DNA of 59,846 nt, counting the filler, from Sphacelaria rigidula (taxonomy: Eukaryota), in NCBI GenBank assembly GCA_964200075.2. It is 6 parts of 6 records of this genome, joined end to end, with 100 filler letters (N's around TTAATTAATTAA, not from the genome) between each part and the next. Parts side by side here need not be neighbours in the genome. Positions count along the whole stretch, not along the records: positions 29,976 to 39,866 come from CAXNAA020007544.1; positions 39,967 to 49,856 come from CAXNAA020007545.1; 4 more parts are not named here. One strand, given 5' to 3'. Under the pieces are notes generated by a model. It made no database searches. It worked only from the letters and a program-made list of their open reading frames with translations, and was not told where the DNA came from. The position numbers were made by a program, and so were the translations under genes. Shown here piece by piece: positions 36,017-48,522 of the stretch; within the stretch, counting starts at the first letter, position 1; every line of letters starts with the position of its first letter.

Positions 36017-37978
36017 CAGGCTGGTTCACCGAAAAGACTGAAAAACGCTCATCGACAAAACTTCACGCCATTCTAAGGAGTTGGACCCTGAAATTTGCAC
36101 AAGTGTTCTGTGGGTCATTACGCAACTTTCCGAGATCAAGTTTGTTTTGCTTGTCGACCTTTCTCACCGTTTTTCGGGGGTCCCAGTTTTCCCGGGGAAA
36201 TTTCGATCCTGTCGGACCCCCGTAAAACGGTTAACACGAGAAAATCGAAAAACTTCGTTCATTCAATGTTGCGTAATTGCCCATAGAACATCTGTGCAAA
36301 TTTTCAGAGCCTAACTCCTTAAAACGGCGTGGACTTTTTCACGTTTGAGCGATGAACCTTGCCATGCCACGGTGAAACCGCCAACTACTAGATTCTAGTA
36401 TGAAAAAAGCGTTTTTTTTACTTCTTTGACGTGAACATGAAAATTCAAGCATCAGTTCATCGAGTGTGGCCACGAAACTTTGTGGGGCTCTTCCTTGAGT
36501 TTTACGGCGACAGAGAGTTTGCGAAAAAATGGAAAAAGTATTGTAGTGCCGGTTTTCCGGGGTCCCAGAATGAACGACTTCGAAAAACGACTGATTTTCC
36601 GTCGGACCCCCGAAAAGCGGTAACAATTCGAGTAGAAAAACTTCGTTGATCCGAACTCACGCAACCCCTAATAATTGCGTGAAAATTAGCGCGTTTGTGC
36701 CAGAATGTGATGAATTTTACGTCAAGGTGAAAAAAAAACATGAGATTTTGAGTTCCTCCAACAAAACTTTGTCCATGTGTTCCTTGGATTATCCCAGGGA
36801 GCATCCTGCTATTCTTCATTTGTTTCGAGACATTTTGTACCGCCTTCCCGGTGTCTTTGTACTAGGACGCTCGGAAGGCGGTAGAGAACGGAGAAACTTC
36901 GAAATCGTGCCAAGAACACGATTTTTTTCATTTGGAGAATCAATACCTACGGAACTAATGAGAGAGGATGATTTGAGCTTTTTTACAACATATATAAGGG
37001 AAATGGTCACGAGGCTCCTTGAGTCTTTCGTACATATTATGAGCGGAAATTAGACTACATCAAAACTCCACATCACCGAAACATTACAGTTTCAGGTATA
37101 ATTTGACCCCGTTGGAACCGTTTTCAAATATGGTTCTCCCCTTAGAGGTGATGTCGGTCATCACCATCTGGAGCACGAGGAGATTCGGTAGAAATTGGGC
37201 TTGGAACTGGTGTTTTAATACTTCCTCCAACACATAAGTCAAGTCAGTCATGAGGCACAAATCATATCTTTTGAACGGAAGCGTGTAAGATGCTGTAGTT
37301 AGATTCTTTGGGAAGATACAGTGACGGAGAAGCTGACGAAAAAAAATCCGAGTTGGTGTTCAAGGAAATCGTGGGTAAAAGTCGATCAATTTTTGGCCGA
37401 TTTCGTATAAGTTGTACCGTTTTCGGCCGAATTTGGACGATTTTTGCCTGTGTTTGTGGTGAACCCACGAGATGATTACACGCCTTCAGACGAGGCGCAG
37501 GTATCGTACATCAGTGATAAAGCGCAAAAAAAACATGTTCTTGAATGTTCTTGCGTTTTTTGCCATTTTTCTCCCCTTTTTTCCGAGGAGCGGGGGAAAA
37601 ACGACTATTTCTGGGCCAACTACTGTTTTTTCAGCCGCTGGTCCATGCTGAAGACCGCGCCAAAAAAGAAGAAGAACGGTTTTCAACACAAAAAATGACA
37701 AGATTTCAAAAATATCATCGCTAACGTCATCAGACACGGTCAAAGGCCCGTATAAACATAACCGACTTTACTAATGTGTTGGAGGAAGCATCTGATTGAT
37801 CGATACATACTTTTGTCCATAACGCCACCGCTATAGCCTAAAACAAGTATCCGGCTATGTCACCCTCTTCGTCTGTTTATTGCGGTCAGTATCATACCAC
37901 TTATGCGATTATTGGGTGCGTAATGCAGAAGGCATTTACTGATGACAGAATTTCGGGTCTTCAATGTGAACCAGCCTA
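36017..37978. mobile_element. Second copy of the CAGGCTGGTTCA element, carrying a nested MITE
   Basis: TA|CAGGCTGGTTCA ... TGAACCAGCCTA|TA. Collinear with 26608-28135 apart from the 37221-37788 insertion. Confidence 0.85.
37221..37788. mobile_element. Stowaway-like (mariner) MITE nested in the 36017-37978 element
   Basis: TA|CTTCCTCCAACACATAAGTCAAGTC ... GACTTTACTAATGTGTTGGAGGAAG|CA. Absent from the 26608-28135 copy. Confidence 0.8.
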
Positions 37979-38827
37979 TAGGGGGGAAGTTGGGTATTCG
38001 GACATGCATCCTGTACATCGTGTCAAAAAATAATCGAAAACGATTCACATTTGAGCGCACGACTCGCGTTTCAACATTCCTAGTGGTATCTTGGGCGGCA
38101 CAGCTTGTATGAGCCGACTTATGCGTGCTTTGGTAAAATTTGCGCGACTTATGCGCCTTTTTCGCGTCCTTCTTGAGGCGGTTCCTGGCGGGTTCCTGGC
38201 GGCACCGCGCATGGAAGGTACCTTCAAGCAAGAAAGCAAGGCACGTTGAATATTTCGAAATTTCACGATTGCTTGGAAGAAAGGCTCGCTTGTTTTATAT
38301 CCGTTCATTGATTTCGACGGCCATGAAAAAATAATGAATAAAAAAAAGCTCATGTGCTTTTTCCTCTCGCCCTCTGCTCCTCAGCGGTCTCCTTCGCGTC
38401 GCGCTGTCGGGGCGCAGAAGTCCGCACCTCGGTCACGTCGTTATTTTTCTGCTTCACCATGGTCTTGTGGTGCTCACTGCTGTAGTGTCGGTAAGTGTGT
38501 ACTGTGCGCTCTACAGTGTACAGTTGTGGATTGGACTGTTTGGTGTGAGACGTCGTGGCGGGAGCCGCTGTTTGATGTGAAATATGAGACATTTATTATT
38601 CCTTTGTTTCACATAAACGTAAAGTGGCTCACATGCAGCACCATAATCGATACGAGACCCGCAACAGAGTTGAAAAAAAAAACGGGCACAAACGCCACGA
38701 CTCCGCGAATCACGCCAAATGGAGCACCCGTGGGCAGCTACCAGCTGCTGGACATGGGGCGCATAATACCGTTGGAGTACTATATGCGCCAAGTTATGCG
38801 TAAAACTAAGCTTTTATGCTTTTGTTA

Positions 38828-39310
38828 GGCCGGATGTTATGGCACACAGATTTTTGACCCACGGAATGTTCTCTGTCGGGACAGTTGAGCCACTTCTTAA
38901 CCCCCAAACAGGGAAAATCGACAACACACGTCTTGGACAGTTTGCATCACCCCATATAGAGGAGCTTAGCCCACTTATCAAATTCGCTTGGCTCCAAGGT
39001 TTAGAGAGCGGCCGCTGAACAATTATTTGTCTGCAATAAAATCAACGGCGATCTCCACAGATCATTGGGCAAACCGGCGGGGGTCGGCAAGCAAAGATTT
39101 TTGCACAGGAATTTTTGTTCAGCGGTCAATCTCGAAACCTCGTAGCCAAGCGAATCTGAAGAGTAGGCTAGGCTCCTCTCTGTGGGGCGATGTAATGTGT
39201 GCGAGATGTGTGTTGGCGACTTTCCCTGTTCGGGGGTCAAAAAGTGGCTCAAATATCCCAAAAATGAACAATCAGTGGGTCAAAAATCTGTTTTGGCACA
39301 ACATCCGGCC
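38828..39310. mobile_element. PIF/Harbinger (Tourist-like) MITE, 483 bp
   Basis: TTA|GGCCGGATGTT ... AACATCCGGCC|TTA, a TTA TSD with long degenerate inverted arms of about 190 bp. Confidence 0.88.
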
Positions 39311-39816
39311 TTATGCTTCAAAAACCCATATGCTTGTGCGCGAAACCCCGTTTACCATCTGCGCGCATGAAAAGTAGAAGCCTAGTGAGAGTGAGTGCAC
39401 CGTCATGTCCACATGTGCCTTCACTCACAGTGCACATAATCTGGGCCGCGAGATAGCCGTTTTGAGGGCGTATCGACGATATATCGGATTCGCTAAGGTT
39501 ATTTTGCTCGGTGGCCGAAAGGAGCGGTTCTCCGGTGCACATACTGCCTGTGCTGTATTTAACCAGTACCCGTACACCAAGTTTCGCGGAGGTGGCTTCA
39601 CCCAGGGTCGAGATATTCACAAGCAAAATTTCCAGGGGTACACACGTTACGCTTTAACCCTTTTGGGACCGGACCTCCACTAATACAACCCTTTATTGGT
39701 GATAATAAAAAATAAGTCTTCGAGCGATCTGCCCAATTACGGCGAAGCGAAACACATCGACCAGGCCCGAACGACCAGCGCGGGGATTGTTGTAGAGTGC
39801 GATGCCACTGCAAACA

Positions 39817-39818
<2 letters not shown>

Positions 39819-39863
<45 letters not shown>

Positions 39864-39866
39864 GGG
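39819..39866. repeat. (GT)n microsatellite plus G homopolymer at the contig end
   Basis: About 14 GT units followed by about 20 G. Confidence 0.9.
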
Positions 39867-39966
39867 NNNNNNNNNNNNNNNNNNNNNNNNNNNNNNNNNN
39901 NNNNNNNNNNTTAATTAATTAANNNNNNNNNNNNNNNNNNNNNNNNNNNNNNNNNNNNNNNNNNNN
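39867..39966. other. Artificial contig linker
   Basis: N44-TTAATTAATTAA-N44. Confidence 0.98.
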
Positions 39967-40379
39967 CGAGTGCTCGCCCTATTAATTTTACGGCCAACGA
40001 GCAGCCCAACGAGCACGAGTGCACGAGTGACACTCGTGCTCGTCCGACGTATGAAAATACACTCCATACTACGCCGTACCGACAAGACCGGTCATGGCCT
40101 TCGTTGGCGGACGCAGAACGGAGAGCAAGTCTATATAGATAGAAATCCCACAATCAATAAGAGCCGATATAAGAAACTATCGTACAACCCAAATAAGAAG
40201 CCAAACCAACTTACAATGCTTCTCCTCTGGACACTCCTTTCAGGGTTAGATATTCTGCCGTAGGAATAGATCTAACCTGGCATCTGGATAGTACTGCTGT
40301 AGCTGCAGGTTTAGACTCCAGATGCCAGGGGTGAAAATAGAGTGAAAACAGGAGGGCGCACCTACAAGAACTGTACCAG

Positions 40380-42705
40380 CACACGTGGACAGATAGCACC
40401 CTGTAGGACGTGCTGCACAGGGTTCTTCACAGTCTTTTGTGGGAAACCCTGCATTGCAATCGCAAACCCTAGTACCTCCACCAGCATTTTGCAGAGCGTT
40501 TTTGTCGAAACTCTGCGAGCAACCCTGTGGAGAGGCCTTCCCCATTTTGAAAGTTCCAAATTATTTTGGTATAAAATCTGTATTTTTTTCAACAGCTTCT
40601 CCTGCTGTCCGAGATAACTCCTCTTTTTGGCCGATTAAAATCGAGCAAAAAGGAACTTATCTCGAACAGCAGGAAGAGCTTTTCAAACCAGATCCTTTTT
40701 TCGCCCAATTTATTTGGGCAAAAAAAAGGGTCTATTTCGAACAGCAGAAGAGCCTTTTCAAAATAGATCCTGTTTTCGCCCAATAAAAGTAGGCAACATT
40801 GTATGTATTTCGAACAGCTTTTTCTGCTGCACAAATCCCATGCACACTGGCAGATTTGGAATTTGAACGGCAGAAGAAGCTCGAAATAAGTATTCACTTT
40901 GCCCTCCCCTTCATCCACTTCATCCGGAAATTGGGCAAAAAGATATTTATTGCGAACAGCAGCAACTGTGCAGATCCCGCATACTGCACCGTTTTCAGCG
41001 TATGGGATACGAGACGCAGGAAAAAATGTTGAAATTATTTCATCCTATTGCCCCCCAGTTCATGTACCAGTTGGGGTAAAATATGAACTCTCAACAGCTT
41101 TCGCTGAATAGAGATCCCACACACTGCTTACGAGTGTATGTCCACACGCCTGTGCTTCGAAGCGACGCTTCCGCTGCAGGCGTGGCAAAGATATACTGGT
41201 TTGACGGTATATACCTCGCATATGAATGCACATAGCTTGTGAAAACCCCGCGGTCCAGCGTCTACCAATAACACAAACCAAATGATTTTTAGCAAAAATG
41301 CGGAACGAAATTGATCGCGGTATATATTTATATGTATGTACTCTGATTGGGATAATATATTGATTGACTGATTGATGGATGGATTGACTGTCGCACACTT
41401 TAACTATGACCCCGCAGCAGGGGTCCAGCCGTGGTCTATATAATCACAACAATAAACTGTACAATACCATGAAGGACAGTGCAATACAGCGTGTTCATAA
41501 GTCAGGTGCTACAAACTGCAAATTAAGCGCGGCATATGCGGTTAGTGTGGCTATGCAATGTGGATATATGCTGCAGCTTATATTTTGATATACGGGGGTG
41601 TTATACACCGTCAGGAGTATATAACTACAGAGTTCACACAGGACGCGCGCACGGAAGTGCAGCACGCAGTGAGCAGGGCATGGAAGGGAAGCGGGGAAAG
41701 TACAGTACAGACAGCGCAGGACTATATCTGTTCTCTGCCTACAGTGCCACGTGAAAAGGACTTCAACAACGTGCAGCTTCGTACTGACGATGCCTGCACC
41801 CATGCATCAACTATATGCGGTGAGTATTTCCGTGCTATATATACCCCGCGTGCATATGGCAGTTCGATCCGTCGACATGCGATATGTCGCGCGACCATGA
41901 AAGAAGATGCTCAAGTTCCCATGCACGAACAAGAAATACCTCATCTACAACCACGGCAGTGTGTATCTATATCCCTGTGCCCAACTCGTGCTCTTTGCTA
42001 CAGACAGTACATAGGGTATAGTGCAGTATATAGCTGAGAACAAAAGTGTTGATATTACGGGCGATTTGCGTGGATCTCGGATCATAGTCTTTACTATATA
42101 ATATACAAGTACTTTGAAGTAAAAAATTGCTGGGGTTCCAAAGGTCAACCTCCAGAGGTAAATTACACCCGGGAGAGCGCTTTTCCCCCATAGTTGCCAA
42201 CAGGCAACCATTTTGAAATTAAAAGGTGAGGGTGCTCATGTTTTCGTTTCTGAAGTTATATTGCTTAAGATATTCATGAAAAAAACAAAAATAATGACCA
42301 TGCTAACAACAAGTTGTAGTTGGTTCAATGCTCAGCGCGTTCATCTCCTTACCATCAGATTCCGAGTTCGATACCCACCCCTGTCACAAGTCAATTGTTT
42401 TTTCGCCAGTACTGCGCCCGCCCTGCAAGGTCGAGCATATTGTATGTGCGTAAAAATACTGTACAGCATATTAACAGCAATGGACACTACACGGAGTGAC
42501 GAAACCCTGTGAAGCGTCCTGTGTGGCACAAAAGAAAACCCTATAGTCAAATCCCCGCGAGAAACACTGCACAATTTCCTTGAAACCCTGTGAAGCGTCC
42601 TGTGGGGCGTAAGAACAAACTGCACCCAGACCCCCGCGAGAAACACTGCACAGTTTCCCTGAACCCTGTAGATGTGCCCCACAGGGTGCTATTTGTCCAC
42701 GTGTG
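40380..42705. mobile_element. Non-autonomous CMC/EnSpm-like element, 2.3 kb, with CAC termini and a 2-bp TSD
   Basis: AG|CACACGTGGACAGATAGCACCCTGT ... ACAGGGTGCTATTTGTCCACGTGTG|AG (24/25 TIR match). 81-bp subterminal repeats (GAAACCCTGTGAAGCGTCCTGTG at 42501 and 42582). Confidence 0.7.
40780..41040 (+). repeat. Dispersed repeat with an inverted copy at about 49540-49810
   Basis: TTCTGCTGCACAAATCCCAT..GCTCGAAATAA..TTGGGCAAAAA matches the reverse complement of 49625-49745. Confidence 0.65.
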
Positions 42706-43074
42706 AGCTACCTAACTCGGAGAACGCACGCAACTTCATAAGATCTATACCTCAAACTCCACTGCGATTTGTCACAGAAATACGTCACAAGACTACGTAC
42801 TTTGACTCCAAGACGCAACAGGGTCGTAAGTTGGCGGTATGTTACGACCGCAGCCACGCGGGGATTGATTCCAGTACAAGTTGGTCTCCTGTAGTTCAAT
42901 CGGTCTCGTACGGATCGTTCGTAGTGTAGGTGCCCTTGTTTCGCGCAGATGTTTTGTTTCTTGCCTTCTTCTGTGGGCTGTTTGGGTTATGGGTGTGGGT
43001 GGTATGCTCCTCGCACTCTGTGACCACGTGTTCGAGAGATCGAGCTAATGTGACGGGTATAATAATAATAATAA

Positions 43075-43385
43075 TAAAAATCCACACAAAATCTTCGGAA
43101 TATGGTTTCATTTCTGCACTACTGGCAGCTATGGACAATTACTACACGCCTTCAATAATTGGATCTCGATAACCGAAACGTTGGGGTCCTAGACGAAGAA
43201 CCAATTTCGGGGAATTTAGTTTATCCGGTCGGATCGTCGAAATTCCCCAAACATGGTATTTCACCTAGGACCACCAACATCTCGGTCATCGAAATCCAAA
43301 TTTGTATGCCGTGTAGTACTTGTCAATAGCTAGCTACCAGTAGGTGAAGGAATGAAGCCATTTTTCGAAGATTTGATGTGGACAC
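43075..43385. mobile_element. Palindromic MITE (foldback)
   Basis: Arms GACAATTACTACACG..GGTCCTAG..GGGGAATTT / AAATTCCCC..CTAGGACC..CGTGTAGTACTTGTC. Same family as 47212-47552. Confidence 0.75.
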
Positions 43386-43559
43386 TATTATAATATTTTA
43401 ATTCTCCGGGTTCGCACCGTCAATGAAAAACTTCATCCTCACTTTCGATGATCAGCTGTTAACGACTAGGATATCGTCGAAACTGACGTTGTAAATCAAA
43501 ATGAGGTTCAACGTCAAAACAGGGCTTTCCGCGATGTAAAGTCATGACGAATGGCTTAG

Positions 43560-44570
43560 ACATGGACGAACTCGTTCCCCCTGACCTCCATGAACTTTTT
43601 TGAAGGAGGTTTACGTCTTCCGTTCCCCGCGAAAAGAGTATGTGCGAACGCACAATATTCTGGCTGAAACACGTCCTTTCTTTCACCCCAAATCGATACA
43701 AATACGCACTTTCGCACATATATTTTGAGGGAATAGTGGACGGAAACCATTATAGAATAGAATAATGGAGATTGGGGCGCATGAGGCAGTCGCTCATGCG
43801 AAAGTCATTCGTCAATGTTACAGGTCAGGGGAAGCACGGTATTGGAGTCGAACCTCGCTTTCATGTTCGATCTAGGTCTCGAAGAGACGCTTTTTGCGGT
43901 GGTAGTGTGTGCAATGTTCCAAACAATATAGTATGAGAGGATACATTGGACTCATCAGAGAGTTTCGGAAGATGCTTTTAACTCATAGAGTCGGAGTGCA
44001 GAGTGAAAGCTTTGAAACTTCAGAGTGGACTTTAAAAGGTTCATAGCGGAAGCTGATGCGACGTGACTTGACGGGTTTTTTTTTTGTCGCAGTGTGATTG
44101 GCCGCAGATTGCCCTGCCAAATGTACGATCGACCAGCGTCCAGTTCGAAAGTACATAGGCCGCCACAACACCGATTAACAGTGAATTCTCGAAAACGGGG
44201 TTGAACAAAACAATTAGGTTCAACTCAAAAACCATGCTTCCCCTCAACTAAGTTCAGGACAAACGACTTTCATATGAACGACACCATCCCTCCCGACGTC
44301 CCTAGAACTACTTTGTGGGATTTCTAGCCTTCCGTTCCCCCAAACGGGGAAGTGCGAAAGCACGATTATTGGGCCAAGCAACGTTCTTTTTTCAACCCGA
44401 AATCGAGGCAAAAGTGTGCTTCCGCACATATCATTTGAGGGAACGGAAGGCCAGAAGTCCCTCGAAATAGTTCTAGGGAGGCCGGGACAGATGGAGGTCG
44501 TTCGTATGAAACTCATTTGTCATGAATTCAGGTCAGGGAACGCACGGCTTTTGAGTCGAACTTCATTTGT
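43560..44570 (+). repeat. Two diverged direct repeats of about 280 bp (43560-43860 and 44270-44570)
   Basis: Shared CGCACATAT..TTTGAGGGAA and CAGGTCAGGG.A.GCACGG..TT.GAGTCGAAC. Confidence 0.55.
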
Positions 44571-46197
44571 TTTCTCAATCCCATTTTCAATTGCCCACTG
44601 TTAACTGTACCGTACGCTGCGGCACCGAAAGCACCGTACACTACGCTTATTCACTGCACCCGCGGTACTTCAATCCACTATGGCGCACAACAGGACACTG
44701 TAGTGTTCGAGTGCTGTAGTTAGTGCTGTGCAGCGTAAAGTACAGGCAGTGTAGTACAGAGAGCCCAATACAGAACCCTACAACAGTGCATTGCGACACG
44801 GTGAACTACTGTACAGCGATACCGTACAGAAAGCCAGTTGTACCAACAATTGTACAGTACGGTACGCAGCACTTTCAAACAACAGATCTATGGCGCGTTG
44901 TGCTGATTTGTTCAACATGCCACGGATAACGGTGGTGCAAGACGTCATGATCTCTAACGGGATGGGGATGCAGCCAGGTGTAGTACTGCTTGTGCGCTGT
45001 AGACTTCGAATCGTTCTCATCGTCTTCTTCCAGCTAAAGCTGGCAAGAGTGAGGAACTGCACCCAAGGCAACGTGTACAGGTACCCGTCCAGCATTTGAA
45101 TTTTCACGCGACACAAGCAAGCAAATGCTGCTACCATGGCGGCGTCAGGGAGGTCTTCTGATTGCGATGCCAACCTTTTCTACTTCGTGAATGGCCCATC
45201 GTGACGAACATGGCAGTTCTGATGTATAATGAATCTCCCACTTTGCTTGTTAAGGTGTACTGACTTCGGACTGGACGTGACCATGGAGGCGAAGGTACAC
45301 GTGGTTCTTTTTCGTTGCGCTCTGAACTCTGAAGAGGAACAACGGTTTTGGGGGTAAAGAGGTGCAAACGGCATTATGACTCTAAAAAATCGCTCCGAGG
45401 GAAAATTTAAGTGGAATGTGCATCGTTACCGGCTATATTTTCTTCCACTCTGACTTTAAGACGGGAAAGACGTTCTCCGAAACTCTCTACTCTCCAAGAT
45501 ATTTTTCTCAGAGTGACTGGTTTTTTCACCGACGAGTACCAGGGCGATCAGTCACCGGCTGGTTCAGGGTGAATGGCAGGGCGTTTTCCCCCACTAGATA
45601 CAGAAGGCAAAATTGACCCCAATATCAACATATTTGGCATCGCAGTGACCCCACGAGCGAGTGAATAGTGTGACGTGGCCATATGATTACTTGCATCCTT
45701 TGCTGCGGCGATGGTAGCGACAATGTTTGTCGGCTAATAACCGGCCTTCAAATTGTTCTGAAATTCAATGTGCGACTTTCCGGATCAATTTGTACCCAAT
45801 CTCGTCACGAATCCTCGTATCCGCCGTCAGGCAGGGAGTCTAACGAGATGGAAGAAAATGAAACACTGTTTCTGTGGGATTGAGTTGCTCCCGAGAACGT
45901 AGTGTTTCGGTGATGTGGGGTTTCGACGTTGTCGGATTTCTACTGATGGTATGCATCGAACGCTCAGAAATATAAAGTGATGAGTGACACCCAACCGGTT
46001 AAAAGACAGTAAGGTGATATCTTGCCCATGATCAGCCCTTGCGTGAGAGTTTGCTGAGTTGTAAACTACGGAAAGCTTACAGTCAAGTTTTAGTGCAATT
46101 ACCTCAGTCAACAATCTGCTGATGATATCGTAATCTTATGCAGAATCGACTTAAATATGATAGACTCCAGAACCACTGAATAGCTCTTGTTCTTTAG

Positions 46198-46324
46198 GAC
46201 CCAGTCACCGAAGCAGAAGACGGCTGGATGAACAGCAGGGATGTCCGACGCTGGAAGAAGTATCTATGATTAGTCTCTCCTGTACTGCTCAAATCCGAAT
46301 CGACGGTGGAGGCAAAGTGGGGCG
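46198..46324 (+). CDS. Probable penultimate exon of an unidentified gene
   Basis: ctcttgttctttag acceptor, CG|GTAAGG donor. The only open frame is PSHRSRRRLDEQQGCPTLEEVSMISLSCTAQIRIDGGGKVG; phase-compatible with 48483-48522. Confidence 0.4.
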
Positions 46325-47211
46325 GTAAGGAGCTTCTACATCAGACCGTCTCCGGACCCAAAAGATCCCCAAAGTCATCACTCAATCGCCCGATACCTAC
46401 TGCGCCCCCAGCAACTTCAAGCTGCATAACGTACACAGCCTTGCCCTCCAGCTCTTCTAGGTCGTTACTCAACCGCGAACGATGACGGTATGCCTACAAA
46501 TTCACGTCATTCAACACCCGGTAGCGATCATTACGTACTTGTTTCCCAACCGTAACAGCTCGTGAACAGTTGATCAGATGGACGCTCAATTATTCGCTCA
46601 AAATACATACTCCTCATACCCGCCGGTCATATCCATAGTCTGTATCCAGAACCAGCAGCTGCATTCCTCATCACATCACATAAAGCCTGTTGACGCTTTC
46701 CCTCGTAATTTTCGTACAAAAGATCCGATTATCCCCAAACTTGGCAGTTTCGTTCAAATGGGTACCGCGAATGGGGAGAAAAAACTCAAAAATTATCCCA
46801 AAGGCCATTCCCTCTTTACCGGCTTCCGGGAGTTCACCTGTGAAGACCCCCCAAAATCGGTAAAAATTGCTTCAGAACTTAACATTCGAATATGACTCGA
46901 CCCGAGGTAGTCCAAGAAACGTTTGAAAAGCTTGGTTGTGTAAGTTGGAAAGCTGATTCCAAACGGTCGGAAAATGTCGGAAATGTTTCTGGTCCTGACC
47001 GGTCTCCGAGAAATATTTCAACCTTCAAATTGAGCCAGAAAAAATTTGCGGCCACCGGGAAAGCACGCAGGTGAGCTGAGACCGACTCAAGGAACAGCAA
47101 GGCAATCGAGTCACAATCCGCTTAGCTCCCCTCCATGACGTGAAACGACGTGAAGGTTCTGGGAAGGGCAATTTCAACACGAGATTCTACAATTTGAAGA
47201 TAGATTTTTGC

Positions 47212-47552
47212 GGAGATTTAAAATCTTCGTATTCACACGAAATCTTCGAAGTATGGTTCCAGTCCCTCACTTACTGTTAACTATCGACAACTACTACACG
47301 CCGTACAAATTTTGATTCTGGTCATCGACATGTTGGGGTCCTCGGTGAAGAAACAGTTTTGAGGAATTCAGAAGATCCGATCAGATTGTCAAAACTTCCC
47401 AAGATTGGTTTGTTACTTATTAAGGCCATTCTATTTCGGTTATCGAAATTCAGATTCATTTAACGTGTAGTAGTTGTCAATAGCTACCAGCAAGTAAAGA
47501 GATGGAACCATGTTTTAAAGATATGGTTTGGGTACGAAGATTTTAACTCTCC
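47212..47552. mobile_element. Palindromic MITE, relative of 43075-43385
   Basis: GGAGATTTAAAATCTTCGTA ... TACGAAGATTTTAACTCTCC ends; inner GACAACTACTACACG / CGTGTAGTAGTTGTC. Confidence 0.75.
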
Positions 47553-47584
47553 GGGTTTTTAGCGAAATTCAGTAGCGAAAATTA

Positions 47585-48259
47585 TGTAGTTTGACTATCC
47601 CTTCTGACGGCCCCAAACGGGATCTGATGCAGCGACGGAAAGCGCTGGCACCTTCCTCCTCAGATGGGATTTGAGACTACCTCAGGGTTAGAATTGGACC
47701 ACAGGGGAAGCCCGGAAATAGCGGGTTATTCTCGACATTTTCTACGATAGCCCCCCCCCCCCCAAAAGTGCAATGGGTACACCCCCAAAAAGTGCATGGT
47801 TTTGGGAGGCAAAACTTTCACGTAAGTCGAAATGGGAAAAGCTGAGCACAACGAGCAGCTGGGAATTCCCACGCTTGGGTTCGTTCCAGCCAATGTCGCC
47901 ACTATGAAGCGCTTCATGCTGCCTGAACCCAAACATCAGGTGCTGCATGGCCATTTGTTTCGTGACACTTTTGGGCTGGTTTTGGGGGGGGGCAATCGTA
48001 GAAAGAGTCTTTCTTGGGAAGCAGTCGTTCATTGTAACAGGTGTAAAATGTATAAGCAATGAAATTTCGACTTTCAACAGGGGAAGATGTACTACGGTAC
48101 CCCCAAAAAGTATCCTACATGTTCAATTCCGAGCGATGTTAACCAAATACCCCCACAGTTGTTACGAATCCCACATGTATATGAGGGGGAAGATGCCAGC
48201 GCTTTCCATCGCTGCATCAGATCCCGTTTGGGACCGTCAGAAGGGATATTCAAACTACA
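47585..48259. mobile_element. MITE with TIRs of about 80 bp, hosting a nested element
   Basis: TGTAGTTTGACTATCCCTTCTGACGGCCCCAAACGGGATCTGATGCAGCGA matches the reverse complement of 48209-48259. Confidence 0.85.
47734..48009. mobile_element. Second, inverted copy of the 4-bp-TSD MITE
   Basis: GACATTTTCTACGAT ... ATCGTAGAAAGAGTC, flanks TCTC/TTTC (3/4 match). The body is the reverse complement of 16581-16830. Confidence 0.8.
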
Positions 48260-48482
48260 GCTGCCGGGCTTCTACATTGAAAATAATTTTCATTGCACTA
48301 CAGTACACTAAGTATTGTTCAACAGCACACCGCAAAACTGGTTCTCAACATAGCCACGGCGGAGGTAGCCATACAAGGCGTGATAGCTGGTTCAGACTGG
48401 ATGAAGCGCCTCGCATGGGCACTACTGGCGAAACAACCCCAGGCGTGGGACTAACCCTTACCCCCGTTGTGTGTGTCTGCAG

Positions 48483-48522
48483 CTTTATTGTGGGGCATCG
48501 GTATATCTCAGTAGACTGCTGA
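48483..48522 (+). CDS. Probable terminal exon
   Basis: Branch-like CTAAC plus gtgtctgcag acceptor. In phase 2 it reads (R)FIVGHRYISVDC*. Confidence 0.35.

Noticed and set aside
44778..45173. 131-aa minus-strand ORF as a transposase or gene fragment
   Set aside because: No recognisable motif or convincing splice sites; left unassigned.
8980..48522. A phase-consistent 8-exon, 300-aa TMEM106/LEA-2-like gene model (8980-9317, 12545-12612, 13311-13370, 13847-13887, 15572-15727, 32670-32742, 46198-46324, 48483-48522)
   Set aside because: It crosses four artificial linkers between size-sorted contigs. Phase compatibility is easy to obtain by picking among candidate exons, so the model is almost certainly chimeric.
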